Positions 19,019 to 29,072 of a DNA stretch of 64,000 bases are shown here, in pieces; position 1 is the stretch's first letter, and each line of letters begins with the position of its first letter. This stretch comes from Vicinamibacteria bacterium (lineage in GTDB: Bacteria > Acidobacteriota > Vicinamibacteria > Marinacidobacterales > Marinacidobacteraceae): NCBI GenBank assembly GCA_963668695.2, contig CAXXLQ010000004.1, forward strand, positions 864,001-928,000. Reading direction: 5' to 3'. Under the pieces are notes generated by a model. The model did no database searches and was not told the DNA's origin. It saw only the letters and a list, made by a program, of their open reading frames with translations. Both the position numbers and the translations under genes were made by a program.

Positions 19019-19086
19019 GGTGATGAGCCTTCCTCAAATGAAGGGTACCGCGTAGGTCCGGCGCGGATACCCGCCGGAAGCCTTAG

Positions 19087-19265
19087 CAGCCGGTGGACAA
19101 AGTCACGCGGCGTTCGAGCGGCTATCCATCCCGGCTGAACCGCGCCGCTTCGCGTCGCTCATCGTTGCGCTTCGGTCGAAATACACTCGGTATTCCTCCC
19201 TCGCGCGCCTTGTCAGCCGGGCGCCTCACCGCTCTCGGCGCTCACGCCACTTTATCCACAGGCTG
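19087..19265. mobile_element. MITE copy B (minimal form)
   Basis: TTAG|CAGCCGGTGGACAAAGT...ACTTTATCCACAGGCTG|CTAG. Confidence 0.8.
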
Positions 19266-21449
19266 CTAGGCCGCGGGGGTCGAAACCGCCATGGCTTCTC
19301 CATGAGACGGCCCGAATCGGACGCCCTCATCACGGATCCGATTCCCTTGCCCGGGGACGCTCTTGAGTTGTCGCAAATGCTCCCGGGCGTCGTCCTGATC
19401 GGGCAGGAGCTCCAGTGAGCGCTCCAGATACTCGATGGCGCCGGGCGCGTTGCCCAGTTCGGCCTCGCAGGCAGCGAGAAGGTTGAGGACCTGGGGCTCG
19501 GCCCCGCGGAGTCGAAGCGCCTGCTCGAGAAACTCCACGGCTCGCGCGGGCTCACCCATTCGCTGGTACGCCCCGCCGAGGACCACGGCGACGTCGTAGC
19601 TCTCCGGGTTTTCCTGGTATATCGGCTCGAGAAGGCTGATGGCGCCGGAGGCGTCGCCCTGATCGAGGTAGATGCGGGCGAGCGGCACCCGGGCATCCGT
19701 CAGGTCCGGTTTCGCCTCCAGCGCTCGCCCGTACAGCTCCATCGCTCGCGCCCGATCTCCTTTCTCGTCGTACTGATTTCCGAGGGTGGCGAGCACGAAG
19801 GCCGGATGTGCGAAGTCATTCGTGCCGTACATCGCCCAGGGACGCGGAACCGCGTCGCGCGGACTCACGTCGAAATCGGAGACCTGGCTCGCCGCGATGT
19901 CTCCCGACCCATCGACGAGGTCGACTCGAAGCCGATACCGGCCGCCAACCGATGCCGGCAGATCCCGTATCTCGAAGACGGGACGAGTACGGTACTCCGA
20001 GAGCGGCAACGATTCGGACACGAGCGGCACGTCGCTGTCACCCGCGGGAAGTATCCGGAAACGGAGCTCGTGATCCTCGGACGCCCCCGTGACGGGAACG
20101 TGGACGCGCAGCGGCTCTCCGATCGCGTAGACGCGTTTTGCATTGGGATGAAGAACCATCCCGGCGACGACGTAGCTCCGATATCCGGGGCTCCGATATC
20201 CGGGGCTCCGATATCCGGGCCCGGACTCCGGGCCAACCGGTTCGGCGTTGTAGAGCAGCACGGGCTCTCCCAGGAGCGGCTCGCCCTCCCGCCATTCCGG
20301 CGCCCGCAGCTCGCCGTCGAACGTCGTGTAGTCGCTCCGCGCCCGATTCTTGAACACGATCCGCAACCGGTAGTCCCCCGCTACGAGCGGGAACATGCTC
20401 CGGTACGCAAAGGGGCGGCGCCCCACCTGCTGGAGCTCTGAGGGCGCCAGCTCCAGGTATTCGACTTTGGAGAGGGTATGCACAACCTCCTCGCTCGGCG
20501 AACTGACCTCGGCATGGAGCTCGAAAGCCGTGTAGACACGGTTCTCCTCCCGCATCAGGGTGAGATGCTGAGGGTCGATCTCGATGCTGAAATGAACGAG
20601 GCTCTCCCCCGCGGGGCCGGGGAGAACGGCCACCGCCACCGAGCTCGCCATGTAGTTGAACATGTACTCCGCTTCCACCATCCCCCGTGCGCTCCTCGCG
20701 GCGTCGATGTAGCTCGTGTCGAGTCGCCGGTAAGGAGACTCGTGAATGTTCGCCAGGACCTGACCCGAATCCAGGGCCCCGGCCTCGAGCCCCGTCGAGA
20801 ACGAATATCCGCCCTGATCGGCTCGCATCGACATCGCGGCGTTGGCCAGCTCGGGGGAGATCTCCTGCAGGCGGGTATAGGCCTCCGCGAGGTCTTCGGC
20901 GAGTAGGCCCATGGAAAGGATCAGGCGTTCCGGCCGGTCGATGAAGTGGTTGTAGAGCCGTAACGCTCCGGCGCCTCCGGGCTGAAAGAAGAGCAGGTAG
21001 AACGGCGGCAGGCCCGCCATCCGATCGCCGTCATAGAACCACACCTCGGCGGGATAGATTCCGCCCACGTTCCGGAAATTGGACCGATCCCTCGGCTCGC
21101 CCAGGATGATGTACATGCGTCCCCGATCGGTCTTCCAGCCGGGAATGGCCGCTTCGCCGCCGAGCCTTCGATTCGCGTAGTCGATCCGGCGGTAGTGCTC
21201 TTCCCGGAACTCGTTGATCTCGGTGAGGGGGTCGGGGTCGCGCCGGCGCCAAAAGGCCGCGACAAAAGCGTCCCGTTCTTCCATCGCCTCGAGCTGGAGG
21301 AAGAACTCCTTCTCGCGCTCGCTGATGATGTAGACGACCTCGTCTTCGAGCCACTCCCGAAGCCTCTCCGGTAACTGCTCGGTCTGCTCGCCAGCCGCGG
21401 CGCCGCAGAGCCCGAGGGCGAGCGAGGCAAGGACGACGAAGCGAAGCAT
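19266..21449 (-). CDS. GWxTD domain-containing protein with C-terminal TPRs
   Basis: GWKTDRGRMYIILGEP, FWRRRDPDP, signal peptide, TPR helices. Confidence 0.9.
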   Translation of the reverse strand: MLRFVVLASLALGLCGAAAGEQTEQLPERLREWLEDEVVYIISEREKEFFLQLEAMEERDAFVAAFWRRRDPDPLTEINEFREEHYRRIDYANRRLGGEAAIPGWKTDRGRMYIILGEPRDRSNFRNVGGIYPAEVWFYDGDRMAGLPPFYLLFFQPGGAGALRLYNHFIDRPERLILSMGLLAEDLAEAYTRLQEISPELANAAMSMRADQGGYSFSTGLEAGALDSGQVLANIHESPYRRLDTSYIDAARSARGMVEAEYMFNYMASSVAVAVLPGPAGESLVHFSIEIDPQHLTLMREENRVYTAFELHAEVSSPSEEVVHTLSKVEYLELAPSELQQVGRRPFAYRSMFPLVAGDYRLRIVFKNRARSDYTTFDGELRAPEWREGEPLLGEPVLLYNAEPVGPESGPGYRSPGYRSPGYRSYVVAGMVLHPNAKRVYAIGEPLRVHVPVTGASEDHELRFRILPAGDSDVPLVSESLPLSEYRTRPVFEIRDLPASVGGRYRLRVDLVDGSGDIAASQVSDFDVSPRDAVPRPWAMYGTNDFAHPAFVLATLGNQYDEKGDRARAMELYGRALEAKPDLTDARVPLARIYLDQGDASGAISLLEPIYQENPESYDVAVVLGGAYQRMGEPARAVEFLEQALRLRGAEPQVLNLLAACEAELGNAPGAIEYLERSLELLPDQDDAREHLRQLKSVPGQGNRIRDEGVRFGPSHGEAMAVSTPAA

Positions 21450-21862
21450 GGAAGCTTCCACGCCTCATCTGAACATCGCCGCACCAGCGAAGTCAACTCC
21501 GATGACCCCGGATCCCACGGCCGCGCACCGCGGCCCCCGCGCGGTTGGACCGGCGATCCAAGGAGTTGGTTATCGGTGGCCGATCCCTGGCGGATCGCAG
21601 CGCCTCTCGCGGTATATCTATAGATATTTCAACGAGATACGAGCGCTCTCCGATGGACGCGTATCGGAATGATATTTGCGTATTTTCATAGGAGCCGAAG
21701 TGGGCGCGTCTCCAGACGCCCGCGCAATCGGCCGCCTTTCGGACTCATAGAGGAGGCGCCCATGCAAGACCTCGCTGTCGAGTTCAAGTCGTTGACGGTG
21801 GACGGATCTGTCGCCGGATCCCTGCCCTCACGCCTCCCACCGCAAAAAGGAGGGCTTGCCAA

Positions 21863-24832
21863 ATGGTGAGTTTCATTTTTCGCACCCTTATCGCCAGTAC
21901 GATCCTGCTCGGCACGGCCGCTCTGGCCCTTGCCCAGGGACAAGGAACTCTTACCGGGAGAATCCTCGATCCGGAAGGATTGGCTCTCCCCGGAGTCACT
22001 GTCACCGCCGAGAGCGAGACCATGCTGGGAACGCGCTCGTCGGTGACGGACGGGGTGGGCAACTACCGCCTCCCGGCCCTCACGCCCGGCATGTACGCAC
22101 TGACGGCGCAACTCTCGGGTTTTGCCCCGCTCCGGCGGGAGAACGTCCAGGTCCGGGCCGGTTCGAACTTCCGTGTCGACCTGCAGATGGCTCTCGGAAG
22201 CGTCGAAGAGACCATCACGGTCACGGCGGAAACCCCCATGATCGAGATGAAGAAACCGGGGCAGGTGATCACCATCGACGGGGATTTCCAGCGCGACGTA
22301 CCCGTCCAGGCGAGGAAGAACTGGACCGACTTCGTCGAGCTCACGCCCGGGGTGAACTCCCGCAACTGGGACGACGGCAGCGGTCGCATGACGTTCTTCG
22401 GACACGGAACCGAGCACTTCCATCACGTGATGCAGCTCGAGGGGCAGATCGCGAGCGCCTACGACGACAGCCAGTTGCCCTATATCCAGTTGACCACCGA
22501 AGCGATCGCCGATGCCGAGATCAAGACGGTGGGCGCCTCCGCCTCCGACCCGATGGGGAACGGTCTCATCATCAACATCATCACCAAGAGCGGTGGTAAC
22601 ACCTTCGACGGCTCCGTCGCGAGCAGCTACCAGCCCATCGATTGGAACAGCGACAACACCGCCGGCAAGGTCAGCTACAACGATGATGTCGAGCGCTTCT
22701 TCAGCCAGAACGAGCTTCCCTCATCGGCGGGGACCCCGACGCTCCAGGAGGTGAAGCAGTTCGATTACTCCGTCGGCGGGCCCATCGCCCGGGACCGGGT
22801 GTGGTTCTTTCATACCGGCCGGCTGGCGAGGAACTCCGCCGAGATCAGCCGTACCGGTCGCGAGGTGGAGATTCTCGAACAGTTCGCGCCGGGGGACGAC
22901 CTCTTCCCCAACGTCTTCGAAGGTTTCTGGCCCTACACAAAGCTGACGGCGCAACTCAGCCCGAACCACAATTTCTCCGGCTATCACCAATTCGACGTCG
23001 CCCACCTCTCGAGCGCCCGCGAGTACCACACGGTGAACTACAACTTCAACAAGACCGGCGGCCACCTCCTCGGTGGAAAAGTGACCTCGGTGTGGAGCCC
23101 AACCCTGACCTCCGATATCGCCGTGTCCTACAACAACAAGCGCTCCGAGACGTCCATCGGCACCATCGAAGCGCTGGGACTGTCGGGACCGCGGATCACG
23201 ATCCACCAGGAAGCGCTCCCCTCGTCCGGTGTCCTGGTCGGAAGCGGCCGGATCCTGGAGGTCGGAAACCGCACAACCTACGGCGAAGATCCCTCCTCCA
23301 TGCTCGTCATCCGCGCGGATTTCACGCTCTACCAAGGCAGTCACGAGATCCAGACGGGAATCTTCGCCGCGCCTCGGAACCGCCGCACGAGCTACACGGA
23401 ATACCTGAACGGGGGCCACAACCAGGAAGACCACTACCTGATCGACCCGAGCGACGCCGGGAGCGGACACCTGCCGTTCCGCCGGCGAATCTACGACACG
23501 ACGGAGATCAAGAGCCGGGAAGCCCGGGACCGGAACATCGCCGTTTACCTTCAGGACGCCTGGAGCCCCACCGACCGCCTCAACATCACTGCTGGTCTCC
23601 GGGTGGATTTCGTGAATCGCTTCGACGCCATCAACAGCATCACCCGGATGAGCAGCACGGAGATCGGGCCGCGGCTGGGCTTGTCCTGGTCCCTGACCGA
23701 GGACTCCCGGAACGTGGTCCGCGCCAGCTACTCCAGGGTGCACGAGCAAGTGAACGGCCGCGACGCAGTGACGAGCTTCGGTTCCTCCGCCGGCGTCGGG
23801 TATCGGGACGAGTACGACGTGGATTTTGACGGTGTCTTCGAGACCGTCGTAGCGACGCCGCCGCGCGCCGGCGACGTTGCCAACTACGAGTTCGATCCCA
23901 CCTTGCACCAGCCGGTCACCGACGAGTTCGTGGCCGGTTACCGCCGTCAGTTCGAGGGGGAGATGGCGCTGGACGTGGCCTATGTCTATCGCAACATCAG
24001 CGACGGCTACGCCACCACCGACGTGAACGGGATCTATCCCGATGGACCCTTCCAGCCTTTCGGGGGATACGGGCTCATCGATCCCAACCGGGGCCAGCTC
24101 GATCAGTTGACGAACAACACCTGGATGGACCTCCGCTACCACGCCCTGGAGGTCGTCGTGGCCAAGCGCATGTCCAACAACTGGCAGGCCATGGGAAGCG
24201 TCAGCAGGCAGTGGCACTCTCAGGCGGGGACGTGGAACCCGACGGATCGCGCCGGATTCATTCAACCGGACGCGTTCGCGAACACGAAGTGCCTCTGGAT
24301 GCCGCGCGGGCTCCGCGACGACAACAGCTACCAGCTCGGCTCGAATTCCACCTACTGCCCCACCTGGCGGGACTACTCGCTTCGCTTCGGCGCCACCTAT
24401 CAGGCGCCGTGGGACATGCTCCTGACGGGCTCCTACACCCACCAGGCGGGTCCCTGGTCCGGCGCCATCTTCACGCGTATCGATGAGCCGGACCCGACGT
24501 TCGGGCCCGCGAGGGTGACGCTCGCGAACGGCACCACGCAGCCGAACCCGCTGGCGGACCGGACCCGCTTCCTGTTCGACACGAGGGACGAGGGGCAGGT
24601 CAAGCTGGGAGACACCAAGCGCCTCTCGGTCAAGGTCGGCAAGGTCATCGACATCATGGGCCCGAATCAGAACATCGAGCTCTCGCTCCAGGTCTTCAAC
24701 CTCTTCAACTTGGGAGACTTCCAGCAGTACACCTACAACGGGGGGAATGCGGTGTTCAACCCGAACTTCCTGCAGCCTCGGAACCGGCAAGCGGGACGCG
24801 GCGTCCAGTTCAACGCCATGTTCCGCTTCTAG
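21863..24832 (+). CDS. TonB-dependent receptor with an N-terminal carboxypeptidase-regulatory-like domain
   Basis: GRILDPEGLALPGVTVTA, INIITKSGGN, YLQDAW, C-terminal Phe. Confidence 0.9.
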   Translation: MVSFIFRTLIASTILLGTAALALAQGQGTLTGRILDPEGLALPGVTVTAESETMLGTRSSVTDGVGNYRLPALTPGMYALTAQLSGFAPLRRENVQVRAGSNFRVDLQMALGSVEETITVTAETPMIEMKKPGQVITIDGDFQRDVPVQARKNWTDFVELTPGVNSRNWDDGSGRMTFFGHGTEHFHHVMQLEGQIASAYDDSQLPYIQLTTEAIADAEIKTVGASASDPMGNGLIINIITKSGGNTFDGSVASSYQPIDWNSDNTAGKVSYNDDVERFFSQNELPSSAGTPTLQEVKQFDYSVGGPIARDRVWFFHTGRLARNSAEISRTGREVEILEQFAPGDDLFPNVFEGFWPYTKLTAQLSPNHNFSGYHQFDVAHLSSAREYHTVNYNFNKTGGHLLGGKVTSVWSPTLTSDIAVSYNNKRSETSIGTIEALGLSGPRITIHQEALPSSGVLVGSGRILEVGNRTTYGEDPSSMLVIRADFTLYQGSHEIQTGIFAAPRNRRTSYTEYLNGGHNQEDHYLIDPSDAGSGHLPFRRRIYDTTEIKSREARDRNIAVYLQDAWSPTDRLNITAGLRVDFVNRFDAINSITRMSSTEIGPRLGLSWSLTEDSRNVVRASYSRVHEQVNGRDAVTSFGSSAGVGYRDEYDVDFDGVFETVVATPPRAGDVANYEFDPTLHQPVTDEFVAGYRRQFEGEMALDVAYVYRNISDGYATTDVNGIYPDGPFQPFGGYGLIDPNRGQLDQLTNNTWMDLRYHALEVVVAKRMSNNWQAMGSVSRQWHSQAGTWNPTDRAGFIQPDAFANTKCLWMPRGLRDDNSYQLGSNSTYCPTWRDYSLRFGATYQAPWDMLLTGSYTHQAGPWSGAIFTRIDEPDPTFGPARVTLANGTTQPNPLADRTRFLFDTRDEGQVKLGDTKRLSVKVGKVIDIMGPNQNIELSLQVFNLFNLGDFQQYTYNGGNAVFNPNFLQPRNRQAGRGVQFNAMFRF

Positions 24833-24859
24833 CTCGCACACGATCTCGCGTACATCGGG

Positions 24860-24903
24860 GGGCTCGCACGCCGTCACCGGACGGCGTGCGGGCTCTCTTT
24901 TTT
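24860..24903 (+). terminator. Rho-independent terminator
   Basis: Stem GCTCGCACGCCGTC/GACGGCGTGCGGGC followed by TCTCTTTTTT. Confidence 0.75.
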
Positions 24904-24938
24904 CGGCCGGGTTGCGGAGTCTTCCGACCGGTTGTGAA

Positions 24939-25190
24939 CAGCCTGTAATGAAACCCACGCGGCCCAGTTCTCCCGGTGGGGGCTCGGCCGGCGATCCATC
25001 CCGGCTGAACTGCGTCGCTTCGCGCCGCTCATCGTTGCGTTTCGGTCGGAATACACCCGGGCCAGCTCTCCCGGTGGGGGCTCCTCCCTCACGCGCCTTG
25101 TCAGCCGGACCCCCACCGGGAGAACTGGGCCTCGCCCCCACCGGGAGAACTGGCCGGCCTCGGCGCTCACCCGGGTTCCACCACAGGCTG
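24939..25190. mobile_element. MITE copy C
   Basis: TGAA|CAGCCTGTAATGAAACCC...GGGTTCCACCACAGGCTG|TTAA. Confidence 0.8.
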
Positions 25191-25233
25191 TTAAACGAGC
25201 CAGGCAAACTCTGCCATTGAGGAGGTTCGACCG

Positions 25234-27201
25234 ATGCATGCCCTCGATCGACGCATTTCCGTTCTCGTCTCTATCGTTTTTTTCTCCGGCGCGCTGCTCG
25301 CGGCGGGCGACGGGGATAGCAGGATCACGCTTCAGGACCTCGTGTCCGTGGAACGCCTCGGCGAGGCCGCGCTCTCCCCCGACGGACGGGAGATCGCGCT
25401 GACCCGGGACGGCCAGATCGTGCTGATGCCGGCCGGCGGGGGCTGGCCGGTTCCCCTGACGACGACGACCGGAGGGAAATCGGGGCTGAGCTGGTCACCG
25501 GATGGACGCCATATCGCCTACGCGAGCCGCGGCCACATCTGGGTGGTCCCCGCGTCGGGAGGCGAGCCCCGGCAGCTCACCCACGCGCCCCCCGGTCCCG
25601 GAGATCCACGGCGAGCAGCCGACGGCTCGCCGCGCTGGTCGCCCGCCGGCAAGTGGATCCTGTTCGAGACCGGGCGGAACGGAAACCAGGACCTCATGGT
25701 CGTGAGCGAAGATGGAATGACCACGAGCTTTCTCACCATGACCGAAGCCGACGAAGGGAGCGCCGCCTGGTCGCCCGACGGGAAGTGGGTCTCCTACACC
25801 GAGCGGGCGCCCGAGTACTTCAGCGGGAAGCTCGAGGTCGTCGGCTTCGACCAGGAGACCGGCGCCGCCCGGGGCGAGCCCGTCGAACTCCACCGCGCCC
25901 CGGCCGATCGCGGAGGCGGCTGGGCCATCCCCGAGGCCGCCTGGGCGCCGGACGGACAGACCCTGGTGGTGGTCCTGCAGCACAGCGGCTGGGACAAGCT
26001 CTACTCCATTCCGGTGGGCGGCGGCGAGCCGAAGCCCGTTACCGATGGCGACACCGAAGATGGGAGCCCCGTCTTCTCACCCGACGGGGAGTCACTCGCG
26101 TTCGTCTCCAACCGGCAGAACCTCGAGGAGCGGCACGTCTGGATTCTCCCGCTCGACGGCGGCGCGCCGCGCCGGCTGACGCGCGACAGTTCGGTCGTTG
26201 AGGGCGCCCCCGAGTGGTCGCCCGACGGAAGCCGGATCTACTTCTCGCGCAGCACGCCGCTCGAGCCGGAAAACCTCATGGTCGCCGATTCCGCGGCAGC
26301 GCAAGCGCCACGGCACGTGACGCGCATCCTTCCCAGGAATTTCAAGCACGCCGGATTTCCGATGCCGGAGGAAGTCCTCTACCCGGGGAAGGACGGCCTC
26401 GATATCGCCGCGATGCTGTACAAGCCTCGTGGATTCGAGGCGGGAAAGCGCACTCCGGCGGTCCTCTGGATTCACGGAGGGCCTGAAGGACAGGACGTCT
26501 TCAACTGGGACCCGTGGGCGCTCTTCCTGACCCAGGAGGGCTACGTCGTGCTGCAGCCGAACTACCGCGGAAGCCGGGGCTACGGCGAGGCGTTCCGCAA
26601 CCTCAATGTGGAGGACAGCGGTGGCGGCGAGCTGGACGACGTCGCCGCGGGTGCCCGGTATCTCGTCGAAGGCGGGCTGGCGGACCCGGCGCGGCTCGGC
26701 ATCGGCGGCGGCAGTCACGGCGGAACCATGGTCGCCTACGCGGTCACCAAGGTTCCGGAACTCTTCCAGGCGGCCGTCGAGCTCTTCGGCGTCACGGATC
26801 GGGCGACCTATATCGAGCGCACCAACCGAGGCTCCGCGATCCGGTGGATCATGAAGATGGGCGGCACGCCCGCCGAAAAGCCCGAGGTCTATCGCCAGGC
26901 GAACGTCCTGCTGGACGTCGCCCGCATCGAGACACCGCTACTCGTGATGCACGGGGAGGAAGATCCCCAGGTGCCTCCCTACGAGTCCACCCAGTTCGTC
27001 AAAGCCCTGTCGAAGCACGGCAAGACGCACGCCTATTTCACCTACCCTGGCGAGCCCCATGGTTTCCGGAAGCCGGAACACCGCATCGACGCCTGGACCA
27101 AACAGCTCGCCTTCCTCGCGAAATACCTACAGCCGGAGTACGGGAGAGCGATCACGTCCACCGAAGAGCTGGTTCTCAAACGGGGACCGCACTTTCGCTA
27201 A
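25234..27201 (+). CDS. S9 family peptidase (acylaminoacyl/dipeptidyl peptidase) with WD40/PD40 propeller
   Basis: WSPDG repeats, HGGP, GGSHGG nucleophile, catalytic D and H (HGF). Confidence 0.92.
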   Translation: MHALDRRISVLVSIVFFSGALLAAGDGDSRITLQDLVSVERLGEAALSPDGREIALTRDGQIVLMPAGGGWPVPLTTTTGGKSGLSWSPDGRHIAYASRGHIWVVPASGGEPRQLTHAPPGPGDPRRAADGSPRWSPAGKWILFETGRNGNQDLMVVSEDGMTTSFLTMTEADEGSAAWSPDGKWVSYTERAPEYFSGKLEVVGFDQETGAARGEPVELHRAPADRGGGWAIPEAAWAPDGQTLVVVLQHSGWDKLYSIPVGGGEPKPVTDGDTEDGSPVFSPDGESLAFVSNRQNLEERHVWILPLDGGAPRRLTRDSSVVEGAPEWSPDGSRIYFSRSTPLEPENLMVADSAAAQAPRHVTRILPRNFKHAGFPMPEEVLYPGKDGLDIAAMLYKPRGFEAGKRTPAVLWIHGGPEGQDVFNWDPWALFLTQEGYVVLQPNYRGSRGYGEAFRNLNVEDSGGGELDDVAAGARYLVEGGLADPARLGIGGGSHGGTMVAYAVTKVPELFQAAVELFGVTDRATYIERTNRGSAIRWIMKMGGTPAEKPEVYRQANVLLDVARIETPLLVMHGEEDPQVPPYESTQFVKALSKHGKTHAYFTYPGEPHGFRKPEHRIDAWTKQLAFLAKYLQPEYGRAITSTEELVLKRGPHFR

Positions 27202-27216
27202 CAAGGAGCCTTTCAT

Positions 27217-28143
27217 ATGTCGAAGAACACGTTCGCCGTTGCCGTCATCGCCACGCTCTTGGCGACGAGCAACCTCGGCGCCCAGACGAATCCGCTCTGG
27301 GGAGAAACGAAGATCAAGAACTACCTGCCGCACATGAGCTGGACGGAAGTCGAGGATCTCCTTACCCGCACCGACATGGTGCTCATGCCGGTGGGCTCGC
27401 TCGAACAGCACGGGCCGCACCTTCCCATCGGCACCGACTTCCTGAACGGCCTCGAACGCGCCAAGCTCGTCGCTCAGCAAACCGACGTGCTGGTCGCGCC
27501 AATCCTCTTCGTCGGCAATGCCCCCTATCACCTGGGCTTTCCGGGAACCGTCAGCCTGCCGGCGGAAACGATTCAGCAGGTTTACTTCGAGGCCGCCCGG
27601 AGCCTGATGCGACACGGCTTCCGCCGGTTTCTGATCCTGAACTCGCACGGGGGCAATCGCGTCATCTCCCAGTACATCGCGGACCGCATCAATCACGAGA
27701 CGGAAGGGATTGCCGTCGAGTTGGGCGCTGCGGCGGCACCGTTTCGCCAGGAAACTCCCGAGGAGTCCTCCTCCGAAGACCCCGTATTCGATCGGCACGG
27801 AGGCGTAGGCGAGACGTCGAGTTCCCTCTATCTCATCCCCGATCTGGTGGACCTGGCGAGCGCCCGGACCGCCACGCTCACCATGCCGGAGCACCTGGAG
27901 CGAATGGTTCCCGAAGTGGTCGACGGAGATCCCACGGCGCTCTTGGTGTTTCTTGCCGAGAATCTGAAGGCCGAAGAGACCGGCAAGGGCACCTCCACCA
28001 GGGAGGTCACCGATACCGGCGTGTGGAGTGTTCGCGATCTGGAGGCGTCGGACCTGGGGCGGGGCCGCCGGGATGCGGAAGCCTTCGTCGAGGCCGCGGT
28101 CGGTTTCATCGAGCGCTGGAAGGAACTCCGCCCGATGCAGTGA
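27217..28143 (+). CDS. Creatininase family protein with a signal peptide
   Basis: GSLEQHGPHLPIGTD, NSHGGN, HGGVGETS. Confidence 0.9.
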   Translation: MSKNTFAVAVIATLLATSNLGAQTNPLWGETKIKNYLPHMSWTEVEDLLTRTDMVLMPVGSLEQHGPHLPIGTDFLNGLERAKLVAQQTDVLVAPILFVGNAPYHLGFPGTVSLPAETIQQVYFEAARSLMRHGFRRFLILNSHGGNRVISQYIADRINHETEGIAVELGAAAAPFRQETPEESSSEDPVFDRHGGVGETSSSLYLIPDLVDLASARTATLTMPEHLERMVPEVVDGDPTALLVFLAENLKAEETGKGTSTREVTDTGVWSVRDLEASDLGRGRRDAEAFVEAAVGFIERWKELRPMQ

Positions 28144-28224
28144 TCCGGCTCGGCGAGACGTCAGTTCCGACCAACTGGCCAGTACCGCGGCCCGAAAAGC
28201 CGCGGTACATGCAGCGCTCGCAGC

Positions 28225-28719
28225 CTATTGCTGCGCTTCGAACTCTGCTGCTGCGGCCGCCGCGCGTGCTCCGAGTTCCTCCTCGGTGAGGTCCTCGACG
28301 TGGGTCGCGACGCCCCAGCGATGGCCGAAGGGATCCACGATGGAGCAGTGGCGGTCCCCCCAGAACTGATCTGTCGGAGCCTGGATCTCGCGGGCGCCCT
28401 CGGCCATGGCCTTCGCGTGCACCGCGTCCACGTCCGTGACGTAGAGGTGGATCGTGACGGTCGACCCGCCAAGAGTCTCGGGGGAGACGTAACCGGCGTC
28501 CGAGGGGGGTCCCGGGAATTCCTGGGCGAGGTAGATCTGGTCCGGTCCGAAACGTAGTTCCGCGTGCATCACCGCGCCGTTTTCCCCCTCCATCGAGGAG
28601 TCGATGGTGGCGCCGAAGACATTCTGGTACCAGGCGAGCGCCGCCTGTCCGTCGCTGACGACGAGGTACGGGGTGACCGCGCTGGCGCGGTTCGGGATGT
28701 AGTGCTTGGCCTTGGCCAT
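28225..28719 (-). CDS. VOC/glyoxalase (PhnB-like) family protein
   Basis: VTPYLVV, HAELRFG, DQFWGDR...DPFGHRW. Confidence 0.9.
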   Translation of the reverse strand: MAKAKHYIPNRASAVTPYLVVSDGQAALAWYQNVFGATIDSSMEGENGAVMHAELRFGPDQIYLAQEFPGPPSDAGYVSPETLGGSTVTIHLYVTDVDAVHAKAMAEGAREIQAPTDQFWGDRHCSIVDPFGHRWGVATHVEDLTEEELGARAAAAAAEFEAQQ

Positions 28720-28870
28720 GAGGATCGCTTCTCCTTTGCTGAGAATCGTGAAGGGAACGCGGACGGCGCCGCGCCCTCCGAAACGTCCGAAGAACCGGAA
28801 AGGTTCAATCGAGGCGCGGATTCCGGCCGCTCGCGAGCGCGACGTGAAGTCTCACGGAAGACCGGCGCCC

Positions 28871-28947
28871 CGAAACCCGGGACGGTCCCGTCCGGCCACC
28901 AGGAGGCCCGCGAGTTGGCGGCGGCCGAGCCAGTAGGTCAGATCGCG
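28871..28947. repeat. 77-bp duplicate of the hutI 3' end (other copy at 31532-31608)
   Basis: 74/77 identical by manual alignment. Confidence 0.9.
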
Positions 28948-29072
28948 AGACACGGGGCGCCGCGCGGTGACTGCGCAAGACCGCTCCGGTATGTGAGACC
29001 ATCGCCGCCGTGTGGCACTGCGTGGTTCGCCCAAGTGGGGGGAGATTGGGAATCTCTGGGGGAGGCCCACCG

